Of a stretch of DNA of 59,032 bases, positions 46,170 through 56,126 are shown one piece after another. A model generated the notes under the pieces. That model was not told the DNA's origin. It searched no databases and saw only the letters and a list, made by a program, of their open reading frames with translations. The translations under genes and the position numbers were made by a program. Source of the stretch: a virus (lineage: Duplodnaviria > Caudoviricetes). The first letter of the stretch is position 1, and each line of letters begins with the position of its first letter. The stretch lies in IMG/VR virus record IMGVR_UViG_3300025767_000019, positions 1 through 59,032 of that record. One strand, given 5' to 3'.

Positions 46170-49111
46170 TGGCTATTACAATTGTTACATCCAGCGATAC
46201 AATTAATGCGTGGAAAGAAAAGACGAACGACATCTCTGCTGATGTTGGAGATATTACTCAACTAACAACCGACTCTGATGCGGATGTTGTTCGTGCCATT
46301 AACAGTATTGATTCTAATCTAGGTGCGCGCGAAACTCTAACCACAATCGACAACTCTAACGTTGTTGCGGCTATCAATGAGCACGATGCTGAGCTTGGCG
46401 ACTCTGCTCTTACCACTACGGCTCAAACAATTCGTGGAGCAATCAACGAACATGATGCAGAGATTGGTGATTCTGCTTTAACCACAACTGGCCAGACTCT
46501 AAGATCCGCCATTAATGAACATGATGCTGAAATTGGCAACATGACGTTAACTGGATTAACAGCAACTGATTTATCAGCAGCTGCTAGAGAGTTGAGAACC
46601 GAGGTGGGTGATGTAACTGCTCTTACTACTGCAGAGAAAACAAATACGGTGGGTGCAATCGTTGAGGTTGTGGATAGAGTTGATTCTTTAGATGCACTAC
46701 TGGATCAGCCTGTCTTGCGTACTTCCGCAGTCGACTTTGCAAGAGTCACCACAGGCGACACAGTTCTCGATGGCAACGGCATCGCTCATACGAGCACATA
46801 CACCATTGATGCCGGCGTTAACATTATACTGGATGCAGCTAGCTCCGGTGGTGTTATCATGAGAAGAAGTGGTGTTACCAAGTTTACGTTCAAAGACTCT
46901 GGTTCGCAACATCAGGTAATTGATGTTCCCGGGACCATGCATCTTCACGCTGGAGATGATATAAGACTTGATGCTGGCGGCGGTGACTGGATTCTAGAAG
47001 ATCAGGACATTACTCAGTTTCAGTTTAGTGGTGTAGGCGTAGGCAACAAGCGGATGTCTATACCTACAGGCAACTTCGAAATTGATACGCAAGCAGCTAC
47101 TGGCCAAATAAATCTGCAAGCTGGTGCTAACGGTAAAGTTGTTCACAGTGCCGGTGGTACTGAGATGATGAATTTTACGACTGGGTCTATCAACAGAACC
47201 GGTTCATTAACAATTGATGCCTCTGCTAATATTACCTTGGATGCTGATGGAGGTAACGTCTATTTTAAGGATGGCGGCGCCACCCAGATGACGTTTACTG
47301 GCGGTACCAATAAAGAGATTGTGGTTGCAAGTGGCGATCTTACTGTCGATGTACCAGGCAATGTTACAATTGATGCAGATGGCGGCAATGTATATTTTAC
47401 TGGACTCAGTGGAAATAATCAGTTTTTGTTTGCTGGTGGTGTCAACAAAGAAATAGATATCCCCACTGGAGACCTAACTATTGACGTTGCTGGTGATGTT
47501 AGTATTGATGCCGACGGCGGTAATATTACGTTTAAAGATGATGGCACAACAACATTGGCATTTAGTGGCGGTACGGTTGCTAGGACTGGTACATTTACAA
47601 TTGATGCTTCAGCAGACATTGTGTTGGATGCAGGCGGTGCTGATGTATTACTAAAAGATGATGGCACTGCATATGGCTCTTTGACCAATTCAGGATCCAA
47701 CCTCACGATTAAGTCTGGTACTCAAACGGCTCTCACATTTAGCGGAGCTGTTAGTGGTGCGACTAAAAGGGCCGCTACATTTAATGGTCCTATATTTGCT
47801 ACAGACAGTGCACTGAGCGACAGTATGGGTGGCAGATCTCTTGTTGGTGCAATGAACTACTTGTTTACCAACTTGCAGTCGGCGTCGGAATATGCAGGTA
47901 CGCTGAGCCTAAACACTTCAGCAACCAATCTTACTGCTGCTGTTAACGAGTTGGATGCAGAGCATGGTGTTCTTGCCAATTTAACCACAACATCTAATAG
48001 TACATTTGTTGGAGCAATTAACGAGCTTGATGGTGATATTGGTAATAAAACCTCCTTGACAACAACTGCTAAAACAACTTTGGTTGCTGCTATCAACGAG
48101 CTTGATGGTGATATTGGTAATAAAACCTCCTTGACAACAACTAATAAAACAAATTTGGTTGCTGCTATCAACGAGCTGGATGCAATGACCACCGACAGGG
48201 TTGGTGAAGGGTCAACTAATTTATATTATACAGATGCTAGAGCTCGTGGTGCAATAAGCGTTACAAGCAGCACCGGTTTGTCATATAATAGTAGTACAGG
48301 TAAAATGGCTGGTGTTAATGCTACAAATTCGGTTAAGGGCGTTGCATCATTTGAGTCTGATAACTTTATTGTTAGTAGCGGTGCTGTTAGATTAAGAATA
48401 AGTGCCACAAATAGTGGTGCTGGATATGGTTCACTGGCATATGATAGCGATACAAGTGTATTTACCTTTTCAAAAGTTACTGATGCTAATATTCGCGGAA
48501 GAATAAGTGCCACAAATAGTGGTGCTGGATATGGTTCACTGGCATACAGCAGTTCTACAGGTGCAATAACATATAGTAAAGTTACGGATGCTAATATTAG
48601 AGGTGCATTCAGCGGCACCTCTCCAGTATCAATCAGTGCAGGTGGTGCAATCAGTGTGGGTGACGCATCTACTACTACTAAAGGCGTTGCATCTTTTGAT
48701 GATACCTCGTTCAGCGTTAGTAGTGGTAAAGTATCATTGAATTCAACAGGATTTATTGGTAATGCTCAAATTACATCGACTGCCGGAATTGATTTTTCCA
48801 AACTAGCCAATATTACAACTGCTAATAGGTTGTTGGGTTCAACAACACCTAATGGTGCTGTATCCGAAGTGCAAGTTGCAAGCGCCATGATTGCTAACAA
48901 TGCAGTCTCATACACTAAGATGCAAAAAGTGGTAACAGCAAATCGATTATTGGGATCCACATCAGCCAATAGTGCCGTATCTGAAGTGCAAGTACAGTCC
49001 GACATGATTGCTTCTGGTGCTGTTACTACAGCAAAACTTAGCAATAGTACTACCCTAAATATAAAAAATAGCAGCGGCACTACGTTGTTTAGTGTAACAG
49101 GCATTGGTTAA
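46169..49111 (+). CDS. tail fibre / whisker-like repetitive fibre protein
   Basis: SDT...W..KTN N-terminus; LTT...L..AINE coiled-coil repeats; I.LDADGG...KD.G repeats; EG.TNLYYT.AR; KGVASF. Confidence 0.82.
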   Translation: MAITIVTSSDTINAWKEKTNDISADVGDITQLTTDSDADVVRAINSIDSNLGARETLTTIDNSNVVAAINEHDAELGDSALTTTAQTIRGAINEHDAEIGDSALTTTGQTLRSAINEHDAEIGNMTLTGLTATDLSAAARELRTEVGDVTALTTAEKTNTVGAIVEVVDRVDSLDALLDQPVLRTSAVDFARVTTGDTVLDGNGIAHTSTYTIDAGVNIILDAASSGGVIMRRSGVTKFTFKDSGSQHQVIDVPGTMHLHAGDDIRLDAGGGDWILEDQDITQFQFSGVGVGNKRMSIPTGNFEIDTQAATGQINLQAGANGKVVHSAGGTEMMNFTTGSINRTGSLTIDASANITLDADGGNVYFKDGGATQMTFTGGTNKEIVVASGDLTVDVPGNVTIDADGGNVYFTGLSGNNQFLFAGGVNKEIDIPTGDLTIDVAGDVSIDADGGNITFKDDGTTTLAFSGGTVARTGTFTIDASADIVLDAGGADVLLKDDGTAYGSLTNSGSNLTIKSGTQTALTFSGAVSGATKRAATFNGPIFATDSALSDSMGGRSLVGAMNYLFTNLQSASEYAGTLSLNTSATNLTAAVNELDAEHGVLANLTTTSNSTFVGAINELDGDIGNKTSLTTTAKTTLVAAINELDGDIGNKTSLTTTNKTNLVAAINELDAMTTDRVGEGSTNLYYTDARARGAISVTSSTGLSYNSSTGKMAGVNATNSVKGVASFESDNFIVSSGAVRLRISATNSGAGYGSLAYDSDTSVFTFSKVTDANIRGRISATNSGAGYGSLAYSSSTGAITYSKVTDANIRGAFSGTSPVSISAGGAISVGDASTTTKGVASFDDTSFSVSSGKVSLNSTGFIGNAQITSTAGIDFSKLANITTANRLLGSTTPNGAVSEVQVASAMIANNAVSYTKMQKVVTANRLLGSTSANSAVSEVQVQSDMIASGAVTTAKLSNSTTLNIKNSSGTTLFSVTGIG
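48020..48176 (+). repeat. 75-bp near-identical in-frame tandem repeat
   Basis: Copies start at 48020 and 48095, 72/75 identical. Confidence 0.9.
48395..48604 (+). repeat. 105-bp in-frame tandem repeat
   Basis: Copies at 48395 and 48500; first 47 bp identical, remainder diverged. Confidence 0.88.
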
Positions 49112-49126
49112 TAATAAGGATTTTGA

Positions 49127-50983
49127 ATGACAATACGTTACCCACAAAAGTATACTACTCTATCGCGAGCTATTCGATCGGAAATAACAACATACACCTT
49201 TTCTGGTGTAAAAAGCGGAGTTACATTAACACAAATTAAGCTATTGCGGTTGACACCAGCACAAGCTGTTGATTCATGGAGCAATGGAGAAATAAATAAA
49301 AGTATTGGGGGTAGTAGCTATACTACTACAATGAATGCTAGAATGTCCACAGAGGCTAATGCTCGTGTGTGGTCTATTAATATGGACACCACCGTCAATG
49401 GTACTAGCAATGGATGGATATTCGTAAAAACATCTGATAACCAAGGGAACGAATTAGTAAACGGTTGGGAGTTGTGGTGGCCCAAAGAATCGGCCACCCA
49501 CAGCTACTATGACTTAAACGCCGCGTCGGCCGCCAATGCAGCGCTGGCGTTTGATAGATGGCCAGGTAACTTTACGGTAGTGGAGAATGATGATATTCTA
49601 TCTCCTCTTGTTGCTATACAAGACTTTCAAGAGACTGGCGAAGACAACAGAAAATATCAAGTGTATGCATTATATGATGCCTGGTTAAAGAGCCGTGGTA
49701 GCGACCCACTTGACGGTGAAAAAAATACAATTTCTGGAGTAGAGCTTGTTGTTCATCCGGTACGACACACCTTCTATACTGATAACCAAGGCGGTAACGC
49801 CGATCTCTTTATGGAACTAGGATACCGTTCCGACGAAACGAAGGAAGCCGCTGTGCTATCGGGTCCCGTAAATACTGATTTTACTCTTGGACTGGCATAC
49901 GCTTTAATTGGTCTCCAAACCAATTCATGGAGCCGAAGTATGAAAACTAGAGTGCTGGGCTCCCGCGAAATATATTATTTAAAATTGGGGTATCAGTGGG
50001 GAGTTATTAACGATCCAACGGACGCCCGCACAAACCAATTTATGTTGAAAGACAATAGGGTTATAGCTGGAGAACAACGGATAAGTGCCACAGATTATAT
50101 ATTTCCAGCCACATCTAGTGAGTATAATCTCACCACTCAATTCAATTTCAGAGCAACTCTTGATCAGTGGATTGACAGATCATATCGCGATAGATCGGTC
50201 ACGGGGAGTAGTCTGATGCCGGCCGATAATTTAATTCCGTTGTACTGGGACGGAACATCTCTTAAAAGGATGTCGTACGCTGACATTGTAGACACTTTTA
50301 TTGTTCCGACGTTGCAAACAATGAAGGGTGATGGTTTTGCAGATCAGACAGAAGATTTTAAACCATACACTGTTAGTACTTCAACATCAATTTCAAACTA
50401 TTATCCTGGTAAACCAATTTATTTTGATTCACGTATTGATAAAGACCAATATCAGTTTACTCTATCCCCAGACCAATACAAAGGAAACGACTTTGGTTAT
50501 TTACTAACGGTTGGGGCTGAAGAAACAAGAGATCAGCCAATCACAATAACTACCTATAGATTATTTACTAAAAACAACTGTAGAGCGGCAACAACCCAAT
50601 CTTCTAATTCTGTTGAATATATGGCGTTTGATGCCACGTCTAATAGTATTGTGGGTGTAACAAACAGTCAGCTAGCAACAGCACTTCTTCCTTTACTTAA
50701 TTTTCATATGTGTAGCGATGGTGCATATTCAATTAGATACAGTATGACAAATTCCGCAATTGCTAACTCCGAACCTGATACATCGTTGTATAATTCATCC
50801 ATCTCGTTGGGGTCTGTAATGCAAGACACATCATTTAATGAAGATACAGCAGGATTGGTTATTGGTTATTATGGAGGTACAGATGACTATAGAACCCAAG
50901 TCATGCCTGTAGCAGCAAACCAAACTGCTAGCAATACCACCAATACCATTCGCTTAAAAATGTATACCGTCTCAACCCCTTGA
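49127..50983 (+). CDS. hypothetical virion/fibre-associated protein
   Basis: 618-aa T/S-rich ORF with AAGGA SD, co-oriented downstream of the fibre gene. Confidence 0.65.
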   Translation: MTIRYPQKYTTLSRAIRSEITTYTFSGVKSGVTLTQIKLLRLTPAQAVDSWSNGEINKSIGGSSYTTTMNARMSTEANARVWSINMDTTVNGTSNGWIFVKTSDNQGNELVNGWELWWPKESATHSYYDLNAASAANAALAFDRWPGNFTVVENDDILSPLVAIQDFQETGEDNRKYQVYALYDAWLKSRGSDPLDGEKNTISGVELVVHPVRHTFYTDNQGGNADLFMELGYRSDETKEAAVLSGPVNTDFTLGLAYALIGLQTNSWSRSMKTRVLGSREIYYLKLGYQWGVINDPTDARTNQFMLKDNRVIAGEQRISATDYIFPATSSEYNLTTQFNFRATLDQWIDRSYRDRSVTGSSLMPADNLIPLYWDGTSLKRMSYADIVDTFIVPTLQTMKGDGFADQTEDFKPYTVSTSTSISNYYPGKPIYFDSRIDKDQYQFTLSPDQYKGNDFGYLLTVGAEETRDQPITITTYRLFTKNNCRAATTQSSNSVEYMAFDATSNSIVGVTNSQLATALLPLLNFHMCSDGAYSIRYSMTNSAIANSEPDTSLYNSSISLGSVMQDTSFNEDTAGLVIGYYGGTDDYRTQVMPVAANQTASNTTNTIRLKMYTVSTP

Positions 50984-51003
50984 TTGTAATTATTGGAATA
51001 AAA

Positions 51004-51498
51004 ATGTTAGATACAAAAGATAAAGTAGTCAGCGCAATTTTTGGTAATACGGAACAAACAATGATCCGTGCTACAATTCAAAAGAGCAAAACAAAAGAAA
51101 TTCATGAAGTCAATGTTACCAGTATTGACGGGGACCCCTTTTTGTGGAATCAAATTATTTCCCAAGTACCGCTAGAAAGTATTGCGGAACAAACAAGAGA
51201 TTTCCAAGCGGGGCAGCGAAGAGCGCTTGCCGATACCCTAATAAATTATGCTAAGAAAAATAACTTAGTGTATGATCCCAGTACGTGGAGTCCCAATACC
51301 AAGTTATCTATTGATAACATCTTCGTTTTGCCTGAGGGCGACGTGGGATCAGATTTCTTATTTGAATTGAAACTAAGAGTATTTGATATGCCAAAAATTG
51401 CTGCCTCAAGTGATCAGGCAGTTAAGGTAGCAATTCGCGAAGCAGAGTCACCCATCGAAGTATTCTATCACGCCGGCAAGATTCTATTTAACAAATAA
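51004..51498 (+). CDS. hypothetical protein (possible fibre assembly chaperone)
   Basis: ATG 51004; F.LKL..F....I..S.D...K..IR.A..P.E C-terminus. Confidence 0.6.
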   Translation: MLDTKDKVVSAIFGNTEQTMIRATIQKSKTKEIHEVNVTSIDGDPFLWNQIISQVPLESIAEQTRDFQAGQRRALADTLINYAKKNNLVYDPSTWSPNTKLSIDNIFVLPEGDVGSDFLFELKLRVFDMPKIAASSDQAVKVAIREAESPIEVFYHAGKILFNK

Positions 51499-52185
51499 AT
51501 TATAATCGGCCCACTTGTGGGGATGATTGGCCATGTGAGTAAAGTGAACAAACTTTATCGATGGCCAGAACTCTCCTCCCAAGTATGCATATGGGTTACC
51601 AGTCACTTGTTTGAATCTAGTGTTCAATTTGGATACACTGGTTGTAAACTCTGGACCCTGTCTAGCTTCCATACGACAGAACCATTCTTTGGGGAGTGTG
51701 ATCAATTCCAACTGTTCCTTAACAGTATCATTGATAAAATGCTGCTCGCCGTTCACAGGACCAGATGTGAATCCTTCTTTAATATAAATTGTTTGCCAGT
51801 GTTCTGGATCCGACATGAATTTATCAAAGATATATCTACAATCCTTGGGATAATATTTGTAGAACCCTCCGTTGATGGTGAATCGGGTTTCTAAGTCCTC
51901 AAACCCCCAACGCCACCAACCAGGTGCTGCTAAAAATTGGCCTCGTTCAATGGGATAGTCGAATATCTTTTTATAGTCCCCCAACAACAGCACGTCAATA
52001 TCCATTACGCATACTGGTTCGTCCTGATCCAAAGTCATACCGATCATTTTGTTCCACTGTAGCTTGACTCTGGGGTCAAATGCTTCACGAATCCAAACAA
52101 ATTCGTACTCTGGTAACTTAGACTCGAGATACGTCTCATACTCCGGACCGTATCGATCACCAATTCTAACTGCTATGATTTTCAT
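51484..52185 (-). CDS. GT-A glycosyltransferase
   Basis: VRIGDRYGPEY, WNK, VMDIDV, INGG, GEQ.FI, FVHF. Confidence 0.75.
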   Translation of the reverse strand: MKIIAVRIGDRYGPEYETYLESKLPEYEFVWIREAFDPRVKLQWNKMIGMTLDQDEPVCVMDIDVLLLGDYKKIFDYPIERGQFLAAPGWWRWGFEDLETRFTINGGFYKYYPKDCRYIFDKFMSDPEHWQTIYIKEGFTSGPVNGEQHFINDTVKEQLELITLPKEWFCRMEARQGPEFTTSVSKLNTRFKQVTGNPYAYLGGEFWPSIKFVHFTHMANHPHKWADYNLFVK

Positions 52186-53488
52186 ATAGTATATTCAATC
52201 TAAAGGGGGTCTGTCCAATTACCGTTGTGTTGGGTAAATCCAAAAGCTGGTTGAACTGCTCATTCATGTGTTCCAATGAGTACTTATGATATGAAAAGAT
52301 ATAAGAGAATATATTAGTCAAGTAGATCAAGTTAGACTTCGAAGGGTTAACTTCGAGTGTTTGAGTGAAGTAATCAAATTGCTTTATCTCAACATCCTTT
52401 ATCTGCTGCATAGCAGCAATCCAATCATGATCGGAAAAGATATCATCATTCTCTTCAATAAAACCAGATGGTTTATATGACGCGTCGTCAATTCGACTAT
52501 TGTATACTTTAGCTACAATCTTTGTAATTCGCTCAATATCATTAACGGTTTTGGCGCCGTACAAATTAAATAGCCCATCTTTCCACTTTAGAGACGGTTC
52601 GTGGTTGTCCACTATTACTAGTTTGCTATTCTCGTGACCAAACCGTTTCCACAAATACTCTGCAACATTACCAGCGGCGGGTGCGTAGATAACATCATAC
52701 TTTCTCGACAGCGGAATCTTATCAATCTGTGATAACTTCGATGTGTTACGTCTGTAAATAATATTGGGCGATTTTTGCTGATCGGCAACTAACGGGGCAC
52801 TCAACTCTTCACGTTGAGGATACGTAAAGTATTTGGAGCTACGTTCCGGTGATGTGAAGTTTGTTATTGTATCACCTCCTGCTACCACCTTGCTAATATA
52901 TTCAGCCATTTCAGCATTTTTAACTTCACGTGTTTCAGTACCTGGTTGTAGCCACGTCGGAGTATAGTCGTCGTGAATATTATCTTGTGACACTTTGGGT
53001 ATTGTCGCGATACCACTCCATTTGCCAAATGTGGGTCGATCAATATCGCGCCAGTGTCGAAGATTTAAAAACATTGATTGTAGGTGCATCCTACCATATT
53101 GCTTATCCGGGTGCCACAAAATATGACCACGGCACGGACTATCGTTACGCTCAATCCACTTGTCTAGGTAGTGGTAAATGCTGTATTCAGAAGAACTAGC
53201 AGGAAAACGATATACCGTTCCAACATAGGATACCAGAGCGTAATCATACTCGTCAGCAAGAGTTGCACCCTCGTCTAACGTCTTTGCAAAAATAACATTA
53301 TGTTCGTCATTACCACCTCTAGACCACCCAATGCCTGTCATCCAGGTCAAAGTCATTAAGTATTTTTTAAAGTCACCCCACTCGAGTTGTGGGTAGTCGA
53401 CAATGATGTGAACTTGATTACGCTTATTAATTTTATTATGGCCCGCGTGGTCCAAAATATACTTTGCGTACTCCTCAAATGACTGCAT
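52166..53488 (-). CDS. hypothetical protein (possible transferase with C-terminal Rossmann/MTase-like region)
   Basis: 440-aa ORF in the island; GHIL.H...H.Q...LNL..W; YAPAAG, VIVD, IYLTNIF.Y. Confidence 0.55.
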   Translation of the reverse strand: MQSFEEYAKYILDHAGHNKINKRNQVHIIVDYPQLEWGDFKKYLMTLTWMTGIGWSRGGNDEHNVIFAKTLDEGATLADEYDYALVSYVGTVYRFPASSSEYSIYHYLDKWIERNDSPCRGHILWHPDKQYGRMHLQSMFLNLRHWRDIDRPTFGKWSGIATIPKVSQDNIHDDYTPTWLQPGTETREVKNAEMAEYISKVVAGGDTITNFTSPERSSKYFTYPQREELSAPLVADQQKSPNIIYRRNTSKLSQIDKIPLSRKYDVIYAPAAGNVAEYLWKRFGHENSKLVIVDNHEPSLKWKDGLFNLYGAKTVNDIERITKIVAKVYNSRIDDASYKPSGFIEENDDIFSDHDWIAAMQQIKDVEIKQFDYFTQTLEVNPSKSNLIYLTNIFSYIFSYHKYSLEHMNEQFNQLLDLPNTTVIGQTPFRLNILYENHSS

Positions 53489-54137
53489 CTGGGTATTCTT
53501 TCTTAAATGATCTAATAAACAACTTCAACCGTTCTTCGTTGGATCCCCCATGAACAATAAAGTGGATCCTTGGTTGTTTCGAAAAGTTGGCTGCCTCGTG
53601 AAACGGCCCGTTGTTAAACCAGTACACCTCAAGAGGAGAAAACGGTACTTCTAGCTTATCTTCGACCCTTCGAAGGTAGCAGTTGTCTGGTTGTGTAATG
53701 CAAATGTTTATCGCTGACATAATATCATCTTTTAACGGCATACCTTCTTTCCATTGATGAGTATCGGTATGAGACCTAATGAACCCACCAGACTCTAATA
53801 ACATAAAACGAGCTCTGCCATACTTCCCATTATTAGGAAAGTCTTCTCTCAACCAACGAGTCATTTCAGGTGCGAGATCAGCCAGCTTAGTCCATTTATA
53901 AAAATCTTTAGCAGTGGGATTGTAATGTGTAATATTCCAATCCTCACCATGCAGAGTAGCAGAGGACCAACCCCTCCCGTGGGATTCTCGGTGGGCCGTA
54001 AACAGTCCTTGATTATAAATTGTTTTTGCTTCATCAACAACAGCCTCCGGGATTGTAATATCTGCTTTGAGGTAGAAGACTTTATTGTCTCTACACCACT
54101 GTTTAATTTTTTCTACTTCATCCAAACATTGCATCAT
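53475..54137 (-). CDS. aspartyl/asparaginyl beta-hydroxylase-like Fe(II)/2OG oxygenase
   Basis: GW.S..LHG, R.RFMLLE.GG.I..HTD (HxD), H.A.N.S..PRIH.I. Confidence 0.82.
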   Translation of the reverse strand: MMQCLDEVEKIKQWCRDNKVFYLKADITIPEAVVDEAKTIYNQGLFTAHRESHGRGWSSATLHGEDWNITHYNPTAKDFYKWTKLADLAPEMTRWLREDFPNNGKYGRARFMLLESGGFIRSHTDTHQWKEGMPLKDDIMSAINICITQPDNCYLRRVEDKLEVPFSPLEVYWFNNGPFHEAANFSKQPRIHFIVHGGSNEERLKLFIRSFKKEYPDAVI

Positions 54138-54669
54138 ATGTACTGTGAGTTATTTTATCAACTGTTAATAATGAGAGATCACCTCTATAGAATATACGCC
54201 GCCACGAATCTTTAGAAGTCTTTGGAGAGGCAACGCAGTAATAGTAATTAGGATCTTCTGTGTATCCAAAGCTAGTATACCAACGCGACACTAGTTTTGT
54301 ACGTCGATGCCAGTTTGCGGTTATTATAGATAACTTATAATCTGTGTGATTGTCAATCAAATCGCATATAGCGTATTTAAAACCTTCTCGTCTGTGCTCA
54401 GTGGGCGCGATGGACAAGTTATTTCGAAACACTTGAGATATGTATAGATCACTAACCCTACACACCCTAGGGTCGTACAACCCTCCATTTACAAATGTTG
54501 CGGACGCTCCTGGAACTCCGTTGTAATATACTAATAAGAAGTAATCGCGATTGTGCAAATCTTTGGGTTGTACGCCCTCTTGCTGAGCTTGTTCAACAAA
54601 GCTATTGTATTCGTCAAATGGCTCGGTGCTCAGTATATGTTTAAAGCAACTAAATGTTTCTATTATCAT
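54118..54669 (-). CDS. GNAT-like acetyltransferase fold protein
   Basis: RV..LYI...FR...; W.Y.SFGY pattern. Confidence 0.5.
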   Translation of the reverse strand: MIIETFSCFKHILSTEPFDEYNSFVEQAQQEGVQPKDLHNRDYFLLVYYNGVPGASATFVNGGLYDPRVCRVSDLYISQVFRNNLSIAPTEHRREGFKYAICDLIDNHTDYKLSIITANWHRRTKLVSRWYTSFGYTEDPNYYYCVASPKTSKDSWRRIFYRGDLSLLTVDKITHSTYDAMFG

Positions 54670-54698
54670 GTATATCCCTGCCTAACCGGCGGTATGGT

Positions 54699-54727
54699 AT
54701 TATACCATTAAAACTCAATTAAGTCCA
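54699..54727 (-). promoter_or_regulatory. sigma70-type promoter with extended -10
   Basis: Minus strand TGGACT-N17-TATAAT with TG at -15/-14; -10 lies inside the ATGGTA-TTA-TACCAT inverted repeat. Confidence 0.6.
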
Positions 54728-55384
54728 GTATTTTTTTACCCAAGGTTGTGCCAAACAAATGTCGGCACCCTCATTAAATAAACAGACTTCGTACGCCGGT
54801 CTGTGTAATCCGATCTGACTGTCGGTTTTGTAGTGCGTACCTTTGTTATACGAGTAAGCGATATTGATTGGTAAGGTTTCGAGTTCCAACTGCTCGTTGT
54901 ACAGGAACCTGTCCACACCTTTGTATTTGAATAGACTGTCGATTTTTTTTCGTTGGAAGAGTTCATACGCTGGTAATCCTTGGTTATCTTTCCACATCAT
55001 AATTGAAGAGTTGTACACTGTCGGATATCGATCATCCGAACAGGGCTGATACATTCCGTCTTTCCAAGCTGTATATAATACAGACAACTTGGAGGGGGTA
55101 TGATTCATTAACTTACTTAGCGGATTGATAATAACAATATCAAGATCAAAAAGTATATTAGTTCCGTGGCCATTAAATTTTCCCAATAGGTCTATCTTGA
55201 GCCACCACTTTTCGAGATCGGACTCAATGGGAATAACTTTAACCTCTTCACGAATCTCTGATGGATCCTCTGTATAGCAATAGAAGTCAAAATCGCGTGG
55301 TAGATTTCGCTTGACCATACTATAGAGTTTGTTAACATATTCAGCAGAGTACTTATCACCCCACTTCACACATAATATATTCAT
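54719..55384 (-). CDS. GT-A glycosyltransferase
   Basis: CVKWG.KY..EYVN.LY.MV.RN, WW.K..L, LFDLD.VI, YNSS.M.W. Confidence 0.82.
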   Translation of the reverse strand: MNILCVKWGDKYSAEYVNKLYSMVKRNLPRDFDFYCYTEDPSEIREEVKVIPIESDLEKWWLKIDLLGKFNGHGTNILFDLDIVIINPLSKLMNHTPSKLSVLYTAWKDGMYQPCSDDRYPTVYNSSIMMWKDNQGLPAYELFQRKKIDSLFKYKGVDRFLYNEQLELETLPINIAYSYNKGTHYKTDSQIGLHRPAYEVCLFNEGADICLAQPWVKKYWT

Positions 55385-55390
55385 TGTATT

Positions 55391-56098
55391 TTAATTGTAT
55401 CCCATCTTTTGTGACAGTTGATCCAAATCAGCAGAGGTCAAATCTTTGAAAGGAAAGTACAACAAGGAGTAGAATCTGTCTGGTGTAAGACCGTTACCCA
55501 GATCCGGAAATGATGCAATGTCGGCGCGAGGAGAACCATCCGCAGTGTTAATTTGTTCTTGGGTAACATTCCCAGAATTCAGTAACTTATTAACAACATG
55601 ATCTGGATTAGATCTCAAGTATTCAGCAATTGTTACCCCGTTTTCTGAAGCTGTGTGACGCAACTTCCACATGTAATACATGTCCTGGAGGTGTGGAGCA
55701 ACCACTACTACCTCATTAGCCAATTGCTCAAAGCTACGGCCAGTGTGTTTTGACAGAGCTTGAGCTTCTAAAAGATACAGGTTAAAGTTTGAAGAAGATT
55801 TGCGCGCTGGGGGAAGACTCGATTTATTAATAAATATCTTTTGACAGTGGTATTTTTCTAACTCATTGTATGCGTTATTAACTAAATCCTCATATCTAAC
55901 TGGCAGCTCATCATTGTTGGCAAATATTTCATTGAACCCCACAAGACAAAGAACTATAGTATTATTTACGCCGTAATAATCAATACAGATATCCAACAAC
56001 AATTTAGAAGACTCATCTTCTGTATATGAGACAACCACCTTTTGACCAGCACTCAGTTGTGGTAAATTATCAAATGTGTTCCACGTTTCTAAAGACAT
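55391..56098 (-). CDS. hypothetical protein (degenerate adenine-nucleotide alpha-hydrolase/QueC-like fold?)
   Basis: KVVVSY....SS.LL and C-terminal PF.DL...D; canonical SGGxDS absent. Confidence 0.45.
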   Translation of the reverse strand: MSLETWNTFDNLPQLSAGQKVVVSYTEDESSKLLLDICIDYYGVNNTIVLCLVGFNEIFANNDELPVRYEDLVNNAYNELEKYHCQKIFINKSSLPPARKSSSNFNLYLLEAQALSKHTGRSFEQLANEVVVVAPHLQDMYYMWKLRHTASENGVTIAEYLRSNPDHVVNKLLNSGNVTQEQINTADGSPRADIASFPDLGNGLTPDRFYSLLYFPFKDLTSADLDQLSQKMGYN

Positions 56099-56126
56099 TA
56101 TTAAACTCCGTATAAATGTACTCTAA

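Noticed and set aside
46697-49104. Multiple long minus-strand ORFs antisense to fibre genes (also 57993-58910, 38880-39266, 39936-40325)
   Set aside because: Shadow ORFs caused by the codon bias of G/T/A/S-rich genes; no SD or motifs
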